DNA of 64,000 nucleotides from Eledone cirrhosa (taxonomy: Eukaryota). The notes under the pieces were generated by a model that made no database searches, was not told where the DNA came from, and was given only the letters and a program-made list of their open reading frames with translations. A program made the translations under genes and the position numbers. Shown piece by piece: positions 41,344 through 56,953 of this stretch. The stretch lies in the NCBI GenBank assembly GCA_964016885.1, contig OZ024750.1, positions 21,700,001 through 21,764,000 on the forward strand. Direction: 5' to 3'. The first letter of the stretch is position 1. Every line of letters begins with the position of its first letter.

Positions 41344-41472
41344 TCTCTGCAGCCGCAACCTGGTGCAGTCTGCGACTGACCCAGGTTCTGCTGCACGTCG
41401 GGCTGAGGAGGGCCAGCCTCTTCAAATACCGGTCGCTCCGCCGGGGCTGTGGGTGGGCCCCATCGCGTACCG
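41309..41472 (+). mobile_element. Internally deleted CRE-like retrotransposon 3' fragment
   Basis: KPLVWDAICTDTLCSRNLVQSATDPGSAARRAEE..KYRSL, then jumps to CCGCCGGGGCTGTGGG..CATCGCGTA; both parts match 17534-17803. Confidence 0.82.
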
Positions 41473-41594
41473 TTGTAGTTGTTGTATACAGATATTAACT
41501 CATCAATCCCATTGTCCTAATTAATTACATCAGTATTTTATAAAGAATTTATAGAATACAAGAAGAAAAGACATCATTTTTTTACACATTTAAA

Positions 41595-42128
41595 TAATGG
41601 TTTCTACTTTTGGCACAAGGCCAGCAATTAAATCAGTGCATTACTGGTACTTTATTTTATCGATCCCCGTAAGGATGAAAAGCAAAGTTAACCTCGGTGG
41701 GATTTGAATTCAGACCGTAAAGGGACGTAACTCTATGCTACAAAGCATGGCGTCTGACCCTCTTCCGATACTGCCAATCCACCGCCAATAATAAAATAAA
41801 AGTTTCTACTTTTGGCACAAGGCCAGCAATTATACCAGTGTATTACTGGTACTTTATTTTATCGACCCCGTAAGGATGAAAAGCAAAGTTAACCTCGGTG
41901 GGATTTGAATTCAGACCGTAAAGGGACGTAACTCTATGCTACAAAGCATGGCATCTGACCCTCTTCCGATACTGCCAATCCACCGCCAATAATAAAATAA
42001 AAGTAGAAATAATAATAAAATAAAAGTAGAAATAATAATAAAATAAAAGTAGTAATTATTCCAGTGTATTACTGGTACTTTATTTTATCGACCTCCGTAA
42101 AGGCAAAGTTAACCTCGGTGGGATTTAA
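41595..42128 (-). mobile_element. Tandem SINE S1 copies (two full, one partial)
   Basis: Near-identical S1 copies. Confidence 0.87.
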
Positions 42129-42359
42129 ACATATTTGAGTAATGGCTGTTGATGGTAGTGGTACTCATATACACATATACGTTTCTGTGTGCCTGTTGTA
42201 TATGTGTATGTGTGTATATGTGAGTGGTGTAGAATATATGGTATATATGGTGGTGTGTATGTGATTACTCTTTTACTCTTTTACCTGTTTCAGCCATCCG
42301 GCTGAGGCCATGCTGGGGCACCGCATGTTTGCTTATGTATTTGTTTGTGGTTGTGGTGA

Positions 42360-43010
42360 AGTATATATAATATATGGTGACATGTATGTGTTTATATATG
42401 AGTGTATGTGTTTGTATGTATATTTGTGCGTGTATATAGTATATGGTGACATGTATGTGTTTATATATGAGTGTATGTGTTTGTATGTATATTTGTGCGT
42501 GTATATATATATATAGTATATGGTGACATGTATGTGTTTATATATGAGTGTATGTGTCTGTATCTATATTTGTGCGTGTATATATAATAGATGGTGACAT
42601 GTGTGTGTTTATGTATGAATGTATGTGTCTGTATGTATATTTGTGCGTGTATATATATAGTATATGGTGACATGTATGTGTTTATATATGAGTGTATGTG
42701 TTTGTATGTATATTTGTGCGTGTATATATAATATATGGTGACATGTATGTGTTTATATATGAGTGTATGTGTGTGTATGTATATTTGTGCCTGTATATAT
42801 AGTATATGGTGACATGTATGTGTTTATATATGAGTGTATGTGTGTGTATGTATATTTGTGCGTGTATATATAATATATGGTGACATGTATGTGTTTATAT
42901 ATGAGTGTATGTGTTTGTATGTATATTTGTGCGTGTATATATAGTATATGGTGACATGTATGTGTTTATATGAGTGTATGTGTCTGTATGTATATTTGTG
43001 TGTGTATATA
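42360..43010. repeat. ~71-bp minisatellite, about 9 copies
   Basis: GGTGACATGTATGTGTTTATATATGAGTG.. recurs at 42376, 42445, 42522, 42593, 42666, 42737, 42808, 42879 and 42950. Confidence 0.92.
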
Positions 43011-43525
43011 TGTACATATATTTATGTGCGTGTGCATGAGTGGATATGGTGGTGCGTATATGGTTATGTATGTGCTTGTATTTTGTGCGTATGTATGTGT
43101 TTGTGTGTGTGTTGTATAGTCTAGTATATATGGTATATGGTTGTGGGTATGTGTGTGTATGGTTGTTGGTATGTGTGTGTACGTTTCTGTGTGTGTGTGT
43201 GGTTGTTGGTGTGTATATGTTCGTTTGTGTGTGTGGTTGTTGGTGTGTCTATGTACGTTTTTGTGTGTGTGTGGTTGTTGGTGTGTCTATGTACGTTTGT
43301 GTGTGTATGGTTGTTGGTGTGTCTATGTACGTTTGTGTGTGTGGTTGTTTGTATGAGTATATATGTGTTTGTGTGTGTGAGTTTTATAGTCTAGTATATA
43401 GGGAATATGGTTGTCGGTATGTGTATGGTGAATGTACGTTTGTGTGTGTGCATTTGTGTGTGTGTATATTTGTGGGTGTGTCTACTTTTGTGTATGTGTG
43501 TTTGTGATATAGTGTTGTGTATATG

Positions 43526-43559
<34 letters not shown>

Positions 43560-43977
43560 ATGTTTCTATGTATACATGTTTCTGGACGCATGTGAATGTG
43601 TGTGGAAGGTTTAAGAAGAAGAAGAACATTTCATTCTGGTGATAGGCGTGGGGGAGAGGAGACTCCTCTTTGATCATCCAACTTTCGATACCAGTTGTTG
43701 TTAGTTGTGAACAACAAACACTATATAAAACTTTGATTTGCAGGAAATTCCATAAGATCGATTAGACTAATCGAATAGTATAATAGTCATAAAAAATAAG
43801 GTCAGCTTTACCAATCTTTATTAGTTCGGGAAAAAAAGAATAGCGAAATGTGGAACAAGGAATGGACCTCTGTCGGTTTCGACAATGAGTGGTCCAGTTG
43901 TTCGATCAACGAAACAGCTTGCTCATGAAAGTGAAAGTGGCTGAGCATTCTACAGACACGTATACTTTTATCACAAT

Positions 43978-45077
43978 AATGGTTTCTTATATAGGCACAA
44001 TACCAGCAATTTTGGGGGGGAGGGAAAAGTCGATTAAATCGACCCCAGTGCGTGACTGGTACTTTATTTTATCGACCCCGTAAAAATGAAAGGCAAAGTT
44101 AACCTCGGTGGGATGTGAACACAGATCATAAAGGGCCGTAACTCTATGCTGCAAAGCATGGCGTCCGACCCTCTAACAACACTGCCAACCCACCGCCCTA
44201 ACCTTTATCAGAATTATCAAGAAGTTTCAGCGAGGCACAATATGGTGTGACAAGGCTGGCCGTTTAAATTACAGGTACAGTCCATCTTGTATTATAGTGT
44301 AAGTGGTGGATTGGCAGTATCGGTAGAGCGTCGGACAACATGCTTTGTGGAATTGAGTTATGGCCCTTTACGTTCTGAGTTCAAATTCCGCCGAGGTGAG
44401 CTTTGCCTTTCATCCTTATGAGATCGATAAAATAAAGTACCAGTAACGCTCTGGGGTCGATTTAATCCACTTTCCCTTATGTCTAAATCAGAAACCGTTA
44501 TAGTTTATGCAATTATGTATTCCACAAACACGTGTACCCTTAACGTAATTCAAAGAGAGATTCAACGCGAAACACTATGACAAGCTCAGCATGATACAGT
44601 ATGACATGGCTGACCCTTTGAATTACAGGTACAATCCAAATAGTTTCCGACGGGCCTCGAAACAGTTTCACTATACGTAATTTCATTCACGAGGCATGGA
44701 CTGTTCGGGATGATCGTAAATAACAACTGCCTAAGATGCCAGGTAATAGGTTCGAAACTAGAATCTAATGGCTGCTAGGGTAACTCCTTAACCATTCGGC
44801 CATGCTGCGCCTACACTAGTCAAATGTAATTTCACTCTGTTACCTTTCCATTATATTCTAAATCTCTAAATCTAAACGGTAGATTGGCAGTATCGGTAGA
44901 GGGTAGGATGCCATGCTTTCTAGCATAGTTACGTCCCTTTACGGTCTGGGTTCAAATCTCGCCGAGGTCAACTTTGCCTTTCATCCTTACGGGGTCGATA
45001 AAATAAAGTACCAGTAATGCACTGGGTAATTGCTGGCCTTGTGCCTAAAAGTAGAAACAATTATATTCTAAATCTCT
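43978..45077. mobile_element. Three SINE S1 copies (43978-44200 minus; 44303-44500 and 44876-45062 plus)
   Basis: S1 matches; the last has target duplication TTATATTCTAAATCTCT. Confidence 0.85.
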
Positions 45078-45864
45078 GTGTTCTTTCTTTAGAAATAATT
45101 CCAGGCTTTTGGTGAAACAACCTTCAAAGAAATGATTTTTTTTTTTCTTCAATGTTTTGTGTTTTGTGTTATGATATTCTTTCGTTGTGATTTATTACTG
45201 GTTAATTAACTGGTTTCAACCAGTCATACACACATGTGTGTGTGGTGTGGTGTGGTGTGGTGTGGTGTGTGTGTGTGTGTGATGTAGTGGGGGTGGGGGC
45301 GATGTGGTGTGGTGTGGTGTGTGTGCGGTGTGATGTGATGTGGTGTGTGGTGTTTGTGATGTGATGTGGTGTGGTGTGTGTGCGGTGTGTGGTGTTTGTG
45401 ATGTGATGTGGTGTGGTGTGGTGTGTGTTCGGTGTGGTGTGATGTGGTGTGTGGTGTTTGTGATGTGATGTGGTGTGGTGTGTGGTACGTGTGTGTGGTG
45501 TATGATTATGTGTGTGTGTGATTTTGTATGGTGGTATGTGTGGTGTATGGTGTGTATGCGTATGTGTATGTGAGTTTGTACGATGGTGTGTGTGTGTCTT
45601 GGAATAGAGGTGTGTGTAGTGGTGTAGTGGTGTTGTGGTGTGGTGGTGTGGTGGTGTAGTGGCGTGGTGGTGTGGTGGTGTGGTGGTGCTGTGGTGCTGT
45701 GGTGGTGCAGTGGTGGTGTAGTGGTGTAGTGGTGTGGTGGTGTGAAAGGGTGTGTATAGTGGATCTATGTATATAAGAATGCGTCTGTCTGCATATATAT
45801 GTATACGTATATACGTGTGCATGGGAATGGTATATATTTATATATATATGCGTGTGTGTGTCTG

Positions 45865-45895
<31 letters not shown>

Positions 45896-45993
45896 GTATA
45901 TATATATATACATATATATATATTTATATATATATATACATATATATATATATGTATATATATGTATATATATGTATATATATATATGTATAC

Positions 45994-46024
<31 letters not shown>

Positions 46025-46081
46025 CATACACACACATATATATATACATATAGATGTATACATACATACATATATATATAT

Positions 46082-46139
<58 letters not shown>

Positions 46140-46141
46140 AC

Positions 46142-46191
<50 letters not shown>

Positions 46192-46209
46192 ACATATATA
46201 TATATATAC

Positions 46210-46254
<45 letters not shown>

Positions 46255-46279
46255 CATATATAAATATATATACATATTC

Positions 46280-46364
<85 letters not shown>

Positions 46365-46894
46365 TATATACATATACATATATATACACACATTTATATA
46401 TACATATACATACATACATATATATATACATATACATACATATATATATATATATACATATACATACATATGTATGTATATTTATGTATTTGTATATGTG
46501 CGATGTTGTTTATGTCTGATAGTGTGTATATGTATATGTATATGTATGTGAGTATGTGTATTTTATAATTATGTATGATTATACAGGTATTCATAAATCA
46601 AGTATGTGTTAGACATTTTGAATGAATTGCTCAACAAATTCTTAATGAATTGAATTTTTTATGAACGTAAACAAAATCCTAACGACATTCGTTAGTAGTT
46701 CACAAAGAAAAGGGGAGATAAATTCAATAAATTAAGAATCAATTTTTAACAAATCAGACAAGCGGGAAACAGATTTTTGGGGAGGGTGGTGGTATCAAGA
46801 AACATTTTTTCTGGGTGGAAGTTTTACTTGATCTTGCCAGCATATTGGGAAATAAGAAATAATGCATATATAAATATATTCATACATGACAAAT

Positions 46895-47097
46895 AATGAT
46901 TTCTAGTATAGGCACAAGGCCAGTAATTTGGAGGGAGGGGAAAGTCGATTAAATCGACCCCAGTGTGGGACTGGTGCTTTATTTTATCGGATGAAAGGCA
47001 AAGTTAACCTAGGCGGGATTTGACCACAAAGGACCGTAACTCTAAGCTGCAAAACATGGTGTCCGACTCTCTACCGATACTACCAATCCACCGCCCT
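46895..47097 (-). mobile_element. SINE S1 copy
   Basis: S1 match. Confidence 0.82.
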
Positions 47098-47229
47098 ATA
47101 CATCACAAATAATGAAAATGTTCCAAAATATATGCTTCTGTGTGTGTAAGTAGCGGTCAATGGTAACAGCACAAACCAGTCCATGAAAATAGTCCCACCT
47201 CGCAACCCAAACCCTAATTCATCCGCTCG

Positions 47230-47780
47230 GACTCTCATTGCTGAACTCCAAACGTATGCCACCTAATAGCTCCAGCGAACCGACTAGAAAACGCGTTGCT
47301 CCAAATGATAGAAATGGTAGACATGTTGAAATAGCAATTCCAACTATGGATGGCTAGATCCAGTGTAGGACGTTGGTCCGGGGTCCCTGAATGCCAGGAG
47401 CCTCTACAGCTATAGGTGCAACAACAAACTTATTTGAAATGGCCAATAATTTAACAACTTTAACAACTACGAACGCCGGCAACGAAACCTGGTTCTCTCA
47501 CGAAACTCGCCAGTTTGCTACTGGAGAAAGTGCCTCTGTATGTCTCATCCTAGATGAGGGGCTTAATTCTATGGAACGGGAGAATTCTGATGCAATCTGA
47601 CCTATTACCGTCTCCTTGGTCCAGACTAACCGGTTGAGCTTCTATGGGAAGCCATGCTTAATGATCCTGTTGAGAGGGGCATGGCGAGGCAGCAGGACAG
47701 AATCTACCATGGATCCGTAACATCTATGTTGCTCGTAGATCAGAAGACTGATCCTCGGGGAACCACAGATGCGTAGATAT
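47230..47780 (-). mobile_element. Old, degenerate CRE-like retrotransposon fragment
   Basis: Minus strand PRHAPLNRIIKH..QPVSLDQGDGNRSDCIRILPFHRIKPLI*DETYRGTF..NKFVVAPIAVEAPG resembles RH..LN / EP.GL.R.DGKRPDG / WD.T..DT / P.AVET.G. Confidence 0.65.
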
Positions 47781-47913
47781 GAATTCATATATACATTAGG
47801 AGCTTAGCTCAACCGGTAATATCTGTTTCGGCTTATTGACTACTTCATTAATTAATGCTCTTCCGGTTTTCTTACTGTAAATTTCAAACCCTTCTCCTTC
47901 CTTCCCACATTTT

Positions 47914-47945
<32 letters not shown>

Positions 47946-47967
47946 TCTCTCTCTCACTCACTCTCTG

Positions 47968-48035
<68 letters not shown>

Positions 48036-50238
48036 TTAAAACATATATATGTATAAGCACGTGAGTGCGTATATGTGTTTGTGTGTTTATGTTTGTATAT
48101 CTGTCTCACTGTATGTGTTTGTGCGCGCGAATCTATGAATATCAGCGAACAAGCGAACGCGAGTAATGAATAAACATATTTAATAAGATTTTCTTCCAAT
48201 ATATTGATGATGACGACGATGTTATGTATTAGATTCCTTCCCTGACAAGCTTATGGTAAGATTAAGCAATACTTTGATTGAATGGAAATTATAATGTAAG
48301 AATGGTTTCACAGCGTTAATAGAATCACTGCGGTCTGTAACGACCGACTAACACAGACAAGCTTTTACTACGGCACCACTATCTCTTCTTGTTCTCGGTC
48401 CATTCTCGTCCCCATCCTCACATATATTTACAGTACCAAAGACTTTCAGTTTTGCCAATCTTAGAAACCAAACAAATTTGTGAAATTACGCACGAAGAGA
48501 TTATTTTTATGTGTGGTTAAGAATATATGGAAGAGGACACAACACCATCTTCTTCTTCTTCTTCTTCTTCTTCTTCTTCTTCTCTCTTCCTCTTACTGTT
48601 GTCTGTTCGTTCGCTGCCGTATTAAATCTAAGCTTACACCGAATAATAATCTCCTCGGTATCGACTGAGTACAGTTCATAACATTAGAGAATATTTTAAC
48701 AACCAAGTAATCACCATAATAGATGCCAAGTGGCCCTTCTTCGCCACCGATAGACCATGTCACAGCCATAGAAGAACTATTGTTTTCCACGTTCACGTGA
48801 GAGACATAGAGAATAGTGTAACGTAATGTAATGTAATAATAATACCAACAACAACAACAATAATAATAATGATAATAATAATAATAATAATAATGATGAT
48901 GATGATGATGATGACTTTTGGAACACTCTTGGAAATCTCATTTGCACTTAAATTGCTCGTTTGTGTTATGTTCACAGCACATTATTTAGTTGTGTGTTAA
49001 CAGGTGTTAACAACACACATATTCTCAACATTTTCTTCTTTATGTTAATACTGCCTACATAAGTGCTTAGTAATGATGTTAACACAAGTGTGTAATTAGA
49101 AAATAGCTAAACGTTTTGATGTCTTCTTTTCGCTTAACTTTATTACTGACTTTACAATAATTCACGTTTTTTAGCTAAGAATTATTCCCTAGGGATGTGG
49201 TTTTTCTTTAGCATAAAGTACCTATTGTCCCATAGATTGACTGAGTTTTAGACTGTAGAACAGTGTTTTACGGTGTTTGTTTAAGCTTTCTACATTGAGA
49301 GTTCAATCCATGTTGGGGTTTTCTTTGTTTTTCATTCTTTCGGACTTGATAGAAAAATATAGGGAAGTGAATTGGTGGACTTCTTGGAGGATCGGACTAG
49401 ATACCCTGTAGTACTTGTTCTAAGTTTAATTCCAGCTGTGGGAAGTAGACTTAGTCCGTCACCCAGTTTCACACCACCAAATGACATTCGGGTGCCTTTA
49501 GCAAAGTCTACAATGTTTCAAGCATCGGATTTGGTCTCAGGCTTGAGGATGCCATTCTTTCTTTCCCCACCCCCTCTCACCTGAAAAGACTCCATAGACA
49601 CTAAACCTCCCCCTGTGCATCATATATTGATGTATTTTTTCATCACTTAGTCAAACGGGTGGGTATTGGCAATATCGGAAGAGCGTCGATCAAAAGGCTT
49701 TGCAGTATTTAGTTACAACTTCCTACATTCTGAGTTCAATTTCCGACGTGGTCAACTTTGTTTTTCATCCTTTCGGAGACGATAAAATATAATACCAATT
49801 TCTTGCTTATGTCAATATACTTGAATTTTCAACTTCGCCAATTTGCTGGCCTTTTAGAAATGTTGATAAAATTATTGCTTAGTCAGGTGGAAGAACAGGT
49901 GTGAATGAAGGAGGAATATATCAGGAAGCTGGAAACCTGACTCGAATTTACGCAATAGGGTGGACTCCGCTAATGGTACCCAAGGACCAGCTGATGTTGT
50001 TAGAATGTATAATCCTTTGTGTCTGTAACCCAAGTAAGCCAAGATGGGATTTAAACTCAGAACGCAAAGAGTGGGAACAAATATCAATTAAGCAACCTAT
50101 CTGGCATTATACCAGTCCACCACCTTAGACTGGTATTTTATTTATCAGCCCTGGAAAGATTATATGCAATTTTCATCTCGGTGAGATTTGAACTTTGAAA
50201 GCATTGGTCTGCTAATAGTAAATTAAAGAAGAGTAATT

Positions 50239-50664
50239 TTGAAGTTGTACTTGTTTGGGAAGTGACTTCATCTGAAACTGCATGTTGAAACTAAAACAAT
50301 TATTGTATGGAAGAACCATACTAGCCATTTAAAAACTCACAAAAACTGCTAACATTACTTTAAGTTTATCGTGTATTTCTTGGTGTTAAAATTCTCGTCA
50401 CACTGTCGGCGAACGTGTCACCGTCACAGTTCTAGTGAAATAGAACTTCCAGTGGAACTTTGTCAGTGACTGGGTCTCAGACTGAGCGACGATAATGTTG
50501 ATACCAACAGATAAATAAATATGAAGTAACGTAAACAATTCTTTTGTGTTTATTAAGTGGCTAAAGAAGAGAAACTTTTATAAGAGGGAATTACAGAAAT
50601 AAAACTCTTTATAGTATAGAAAGAAGTGTCATCGTAAGCTGGTATCTGAGATTTACAACTTCAA
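50239..50664. mobile_element. Possible old MITE
   Basis: 11-bp inverted termini TTGAAGTTGTA / TACAACTTCAA and loose internal inverted similarity. Confidence 0.4.
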
Positions 50665-50674
50665 CATGATATAC

Positions 50675-50967
<293 letters not shown>

Positions 50968-51434
50968 GGTGTTTCTAAATCAGATAAACTCTAAAAATAT
51001 ATACTGAAGAATAAAATAAACAACAATAATAAACTAGATCTATTGTAAATATTTACAACGAAAATATTTATTCTATTACCTCAAATCTACTTAAAACGTA
51101 GATCCTATTCAATTGTTAGAGTTGTATTAAACTATTTTGTTAGTATTATATTAAATTATAATGTTGATTATATTATAATCCAAAGGTAATATCTTAATTA
51201 TATTCTTTGTATATCTTATTGTTACTTTTTGTTGTTAGTACGTTGAAGCATTCTACCTTTTTGTGTGACATCAGTGGATTAATTTCTTTTTATTTCATCT
51301 ATTCTTTCAACTTAGCCTGTATATACTTTACGGTTTACTATCACAAGAGAAACTAGAACTAGGACCATACTATCGCATTTCATCTAATAACCTTCATTAT
51401 ATATTATTTATTCTTAATATTATACATACAACAA

Positions 51435-51595
51435 GGGCAGTGGATTGGCAGTAATCGGTAGAGCGTCGGACACCATGCTTTGGAGCATAGATTTACGCCC
51501 CTTTATGATCTAAGTTCGAATACTGCCGAGGTTAGCTTTGCCTTTCATCCTTACGGGGTCGATAAAATAAAGCACCAGTAATGCACTGGGGTCGA
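51435..51595 (+). mobile_element. SINE S1 copy, 3' truncated
   Basis: S1 match. Confidence 0.8.
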
Positions 51596-52094
51596 AGTTG
51601 TCTTGCAAGCAGTAAACCACAGCGGGATTGAAACTAAAAATGCAGAGACCCGTAACAAATACCGCAAGGTATACCGTTCAATACTTTAAGAACTCCATCA
51701 AATTACCACTCTAAACTTATATTGTATTATATCGACCTTTGAAATGATAAAAGATAAAGGTGGTCGTGGCGGGAATCTTGATCATAGAAGATAAAACATT
51801 TAATTTGACGTTCTAATGATTCTGTCAATTAGCAGTAACAGTTTGGATAATATAATCAATTGCTTGATCTTTAGGCGATCACGGTTATCCGCCAACGAGT
51901 GATCAAAGTTATTGGTTTCTTTGTGGAAGAATGCAATCGATTTTATCGAACTGAGAAGGATGAAAGACAGCGTTAATCTCAGAGGGATTTGAACACTGAA
52001 TGTAAAAAGCCGTAAGCGAGACAACTATAACCATTCTGCCAACTATCACCCAGCTACCCGTATATTTAATTTGAAATACAAAATCTCCTTATAT

Positions 52095-53097
52095 TATTGC
52101 TGCTACATATAGGGCGGTGGATTGGCAGTATCGGTCGAGGGCCAGACGCCATGCTTTGCAGCATAGAATTACGGCCCTTTATGATCTGAGTTCAAATCCC
52201 TCCCACCGTGGTTAACTTTGCCTTTCATCCTTAATAAAAAAAAAAGTCGATAAAATAAATTACCAGTAATGCACTGGGGTCGATTTAATCGAATTTCCCC
52301 TTCTCCCAAAATTGATGGCCTTGTGCCTATATAAGAAACCATATCATTGCTGCTATATATAGGGCGGTGGACTGGCAGTATCGGTGGAGGGTCGGACGCC
52401 ATGCTTTGCAACATAGAGTTACGGCCCTTTATGATCTGAGTTCAAATCCCTCCCACCGTGGTTAACTTTGCCTTTCATCCTTAATAAAAAAAAAAGTCGA
52501 TAAAATAAATTACCAGTAATGCACTGGGGTCGATTTAATCGAATTTCCCCTTCTCCCAAAATTGATGGCCTTGTGCCTATATAAGAAACCATATCATTGC
52601 TGCTATATATAGGGCGGTGGACTGGCAGTATCGGTGGAGGGTCGGACGCCATGCTTTGCAACATAGAGTTACGGCCCTTTATGATCTGAGTTCAAATCCC
52701 CCCGAGGTTAACTTTGCCTTTCATCCTTAATAAAAAAAAAAGTCGATAAAATAAATTACCAGTAATGCACTGGGGTCGATTTAATCGAATTTCCCCTTCT
52801 CCCAAAATTGATGGCCTTGTGCCTATATAAGAAACCATATCATTGCTGCTATATATAGGGCGGTGGACTGGCAGTATCGGTGGAGAGTTGGACGCCATGC
52901 TTTGCAACATAGAGGTACGGCCCTTTATGATCTGAGTTCAAATCCCTCCCACCGTGGTTAACTTTGCCTTTCATCCTTAATAAAATAAAGTCGATAAAAT
53001 AAAGTACCAGTCACGCACTGGGGTCGATTTAATCGACTTTCCCCTTCTCCCAAAATTGATGGCCCTGTGCCTATATAAGACACTAGTATTACTGCTA
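52095..53097 (+). mobile_element. Head-to-tail array of four SINE S1 copies (~250-bp period)
   Basis: Four copies sharing the private variant CCTTAATAAAA and the linker ATTGCTGCTATATATAGGG. Confidence 0.92.
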
Positions 53098-53519
53098 CAC
53101 CATGTTAACCCTAATCATGTAAACCTAAAATCAAAAGTGTTCCAACCTTTATCATTCCGCCTTGTATTTTATTTCATTTTCTAAATTATCCGGTATCCCG
53201 CCATTTAAGTATTTATTTATTTATTTGTGTGTTTATTCATTTATTTTTAGTAAGATGATTTAAAGTGTTTTGGGTTGGATTCTGGACTGCTATTTCTAGT
53301 ATGTCAATTAACCAGCTAGATGATTCTTCTTCCTCATTGGTCGTTGTCATTAAAGGAGTCTCTTACTGTTCTCCTGTTTTATTTCGGATTTCCTCCGTTT
53401 GATTAATTAGCTCCCATTATGCGGTAAAGAACAACCAACAACAATAACAACATCAACACCTAATAACGAGATGATGCAATAAAACAGCTAATTTAAGAAT
53501 TAAAAAAACACACTAACAA

Positions 53520-53583
<64 letters not shown>

Positions 53584-53614
53584 GTATATATCTTCGGTTT
53601 TCTAAATTATAAAT

Positions 53615-53703
<89 letters not shown>

Positions 53704-53790
53704 GTATCTATATATATATATGTATATATATATGTATATATATATATATATGTATATAAATATATATATCTATATATATATATACATATG

Positions 53791-53839
<49 letters not shown>

Positions 53840-53957
53840 CTATATATATGCATCTCTATATACATATGTATATGTATATATATATATAGAGAGATATATA
53901 TATATATATAGGTATATGTATGTATCTATATGTATCTATCTATATATATATATATAC

Positions 53958-54008
<51 letters not shown>

Positions 54009-54049
54009 AATATATGTATCTATATATATATGTATATATATATATATAC

Positions 54050-54081
<32 letters not shown>

Positions 54082-54100
54082 ATGTGTACACCGAAATATG

Positions 54101-54145
<45 letters not shown>

Positions 54146-54263
54146 CTGTTTCATAGAAAAATTAGTTATATAAAATATCCTCATTTGGAAAATTCCCCTT
54201 CACTTATTTTGAGTTTGGTTTTGGTTTCTTTATATTTTTATTTTCATTTTTTATTTTGTTCTT

Positions 54264-54294
<31 letters not shown>

Positions 54295-54440
54295 CATATT
54301 CAGTTTCTATACAAGAGGCGGATATATTCTGTAGTGGATGTTACCATATCAAAAGAGTGAAATTACTATTAATCACTTACGTACTGAATTGCTTTTGTTA
54401 TTGTTAATGTAATGTTGATGATGATTATTTTGTGGTGATG

Positions 54441-54521
<81 letters not shown>

Positions 54522-54866
54522 TTGATCGTCGTCTTTGTCATTGATAATATAAAGATTGTCGTTCGTGATTTTGCTACTACTGTTGCTGATGTGCTCTTCC
54601 CGTAATACGTGCAACTGTTTGTTTGTTTGTTTGTTTGTTTGCTTTTATTTATTAGCTGTTGGGCTAATAAACAAAACTAACGAGTTATCTTTAAATTGGA
54701 TATCAGGCTGAATTAGCTCCAGAATATTGGAGAGAATCACGAGAATCAGAGAATCAGCTGCCTGCCTAACAGCCTATTCGGTGTCAACAACTAATATATA
54801 TCTCGTTGTATTGGATGGATGGATTTTTCTTTTGGCTAATTGAAAACATCAAATGATCTGAATACG

Positions 54867-54933
<67 letters not shown>

Positions 54934-54998
54934 ATATAATATATATGTGTATATAGATATATGTATATATGTATATATATATATATGTATATATGTAC

Positions 54999-55031
<33 letters not shown>

Positions 55032-55081
55032 TATGTGTGTGTATATATATATGTATATATATGTGTGTGTGTGTATATATA

Positions 55082-55123
<42 letters not shown>

Positions 55124-55124
55124 C

Positions 55125-55235
<111 letters not shown>

Positions 55236-55315
55236 TATTTATATATATATATACATTCTATATACATATGTAATGTATGTGCATTTATATATGCTTATAT
55301 ATAAGAATATATATT

Positions 55316-55368
<53 letters not shown>

Positions 55369-55470
55369 GTACTTATATGTACTTACATATGTTCATAAAT
55401 ATACATATAGATAAAGCTGTGTGTATATTTACATATACGTAGTGTATATATATAAAGACATGTATGTAGG

Positions 55471-55526
<56 letters not shown>

Positions 55527-55659
55527 GATATATATATGTATATATATATATACATATATACATGCATATATATGTGTGTGTGTGGATGCACTTATTTAGC
55601 TATATATATATATATATATATATTTATATGTATATGTGTGTGTATAGATAGATAGATAA

Positions 55660-55746
<87 letters not shown>

Positions 55747-56546
55747 CATTACGTCTTTAGGTGCAATTCCTAGCTGATTAAGAATATAGAGATATAAAGG
55801 GAGTGAGAATGAGAATGTGATTTAATTGGATTGTCGACTCCCATATTCAGCAGAATCGTTAAAATAAAGAGAGCAAAAAACCAAAACCCTTTACATCTAT
55901 CTAAATTATTACGTTCATTAATATACGTTCATAAATATAATTTTGTTTTCCGTTTCAACAAACACATCATTTATTACCATACGGACAACTAGATAAAACA
56001 TTTGCTATTTCTTTCAAATGTATGCAAACCCAGCAGCTTCTTTTGAATCTATTCACAAAAGCAACATTTGCCAACTTTTCTAACAACGTCTTATAACGAA
56101 TATTTCAGAAGTTGTTACATTTCCATTTCCATCAATCAACATCTTCATAGCCTCCTGCCATCTTTTAAAAATACACTAAGAGTGCCGAAATATTCTTCAA
56201 CTTAATCAATGCTTATTGTCTGAAGGAATTTTCTTGAAAGAATACCAATTTTCCGCGATTCATTTATATGCATGTGTATATATATATATATATATGTGTG
56301 TGTGTAGAAGTTCTATTTAAATTGTTGGGTTACAACAAGCAAATATTTTTATAACTGATATAAAGCACTCAACAAATTATTGGAGTAAAAATACGATATA
56401 TTAGCAAATGGAAACTATATTTATAAAACCATATTTATTTCATTATACATATTTCAAGGACACCAAGTTAAATTATGGTGTGCTTTCATCAGATAAAATA
56501 TAATATAGAGCAGTTTTAGAAATAAATATTGACATACCCTTAAAGA

Positions 56547-56700
56547 ATGCGACCATTACTGTTGGAAGCTCCTGGATAGTTACTATCCGGGAGCTTCCAA
56601 CAGAAATGGTCGCATAATAATAATGATGAGGAGGATTTGTTATGTCTTTATTACGTCTTCACTACTCAATAAACGTAATGAAGACATAACAAATCATCCT
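56547..56700. repeat. Two adjacent hairpins (56547-56615 and 56634-56695)
   Basis: ATGCGACCATT..GGATAG/CTATCC..AATGGTCGCAT and GATTTGTTATGTCTT..ACGT/ACGT..AAGACATAACAAATC. Confidence 0.85.
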
Positions 56701-56729
56701 TTTTATTAATATTATTATTATTATTATTA

Positions 56730-56780
<51 letters not shown>

Positions 56781-56953
56781 TAATATATATAATATATATA
56801 TATAAATTCAGCGAGAATTGCATTTCGGCGGGTAGAAAAAGCGAAACGTAACGCAAATTCTGAGTCATGCTGGCCAGCGCTCCATGGGCTAAAAAAGACC
56901 AGAACAATAAACATAGTTTATTAGGCCATACAAACTGCGAAGGCGGTCAAGAA

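Noticed and set aside
48593-48796. Possible antisense exon or microexon ending at a GTAAGC donor
   Set aside because: Weak acceptor, no recognisable homology; cannot be supported without RNA data.
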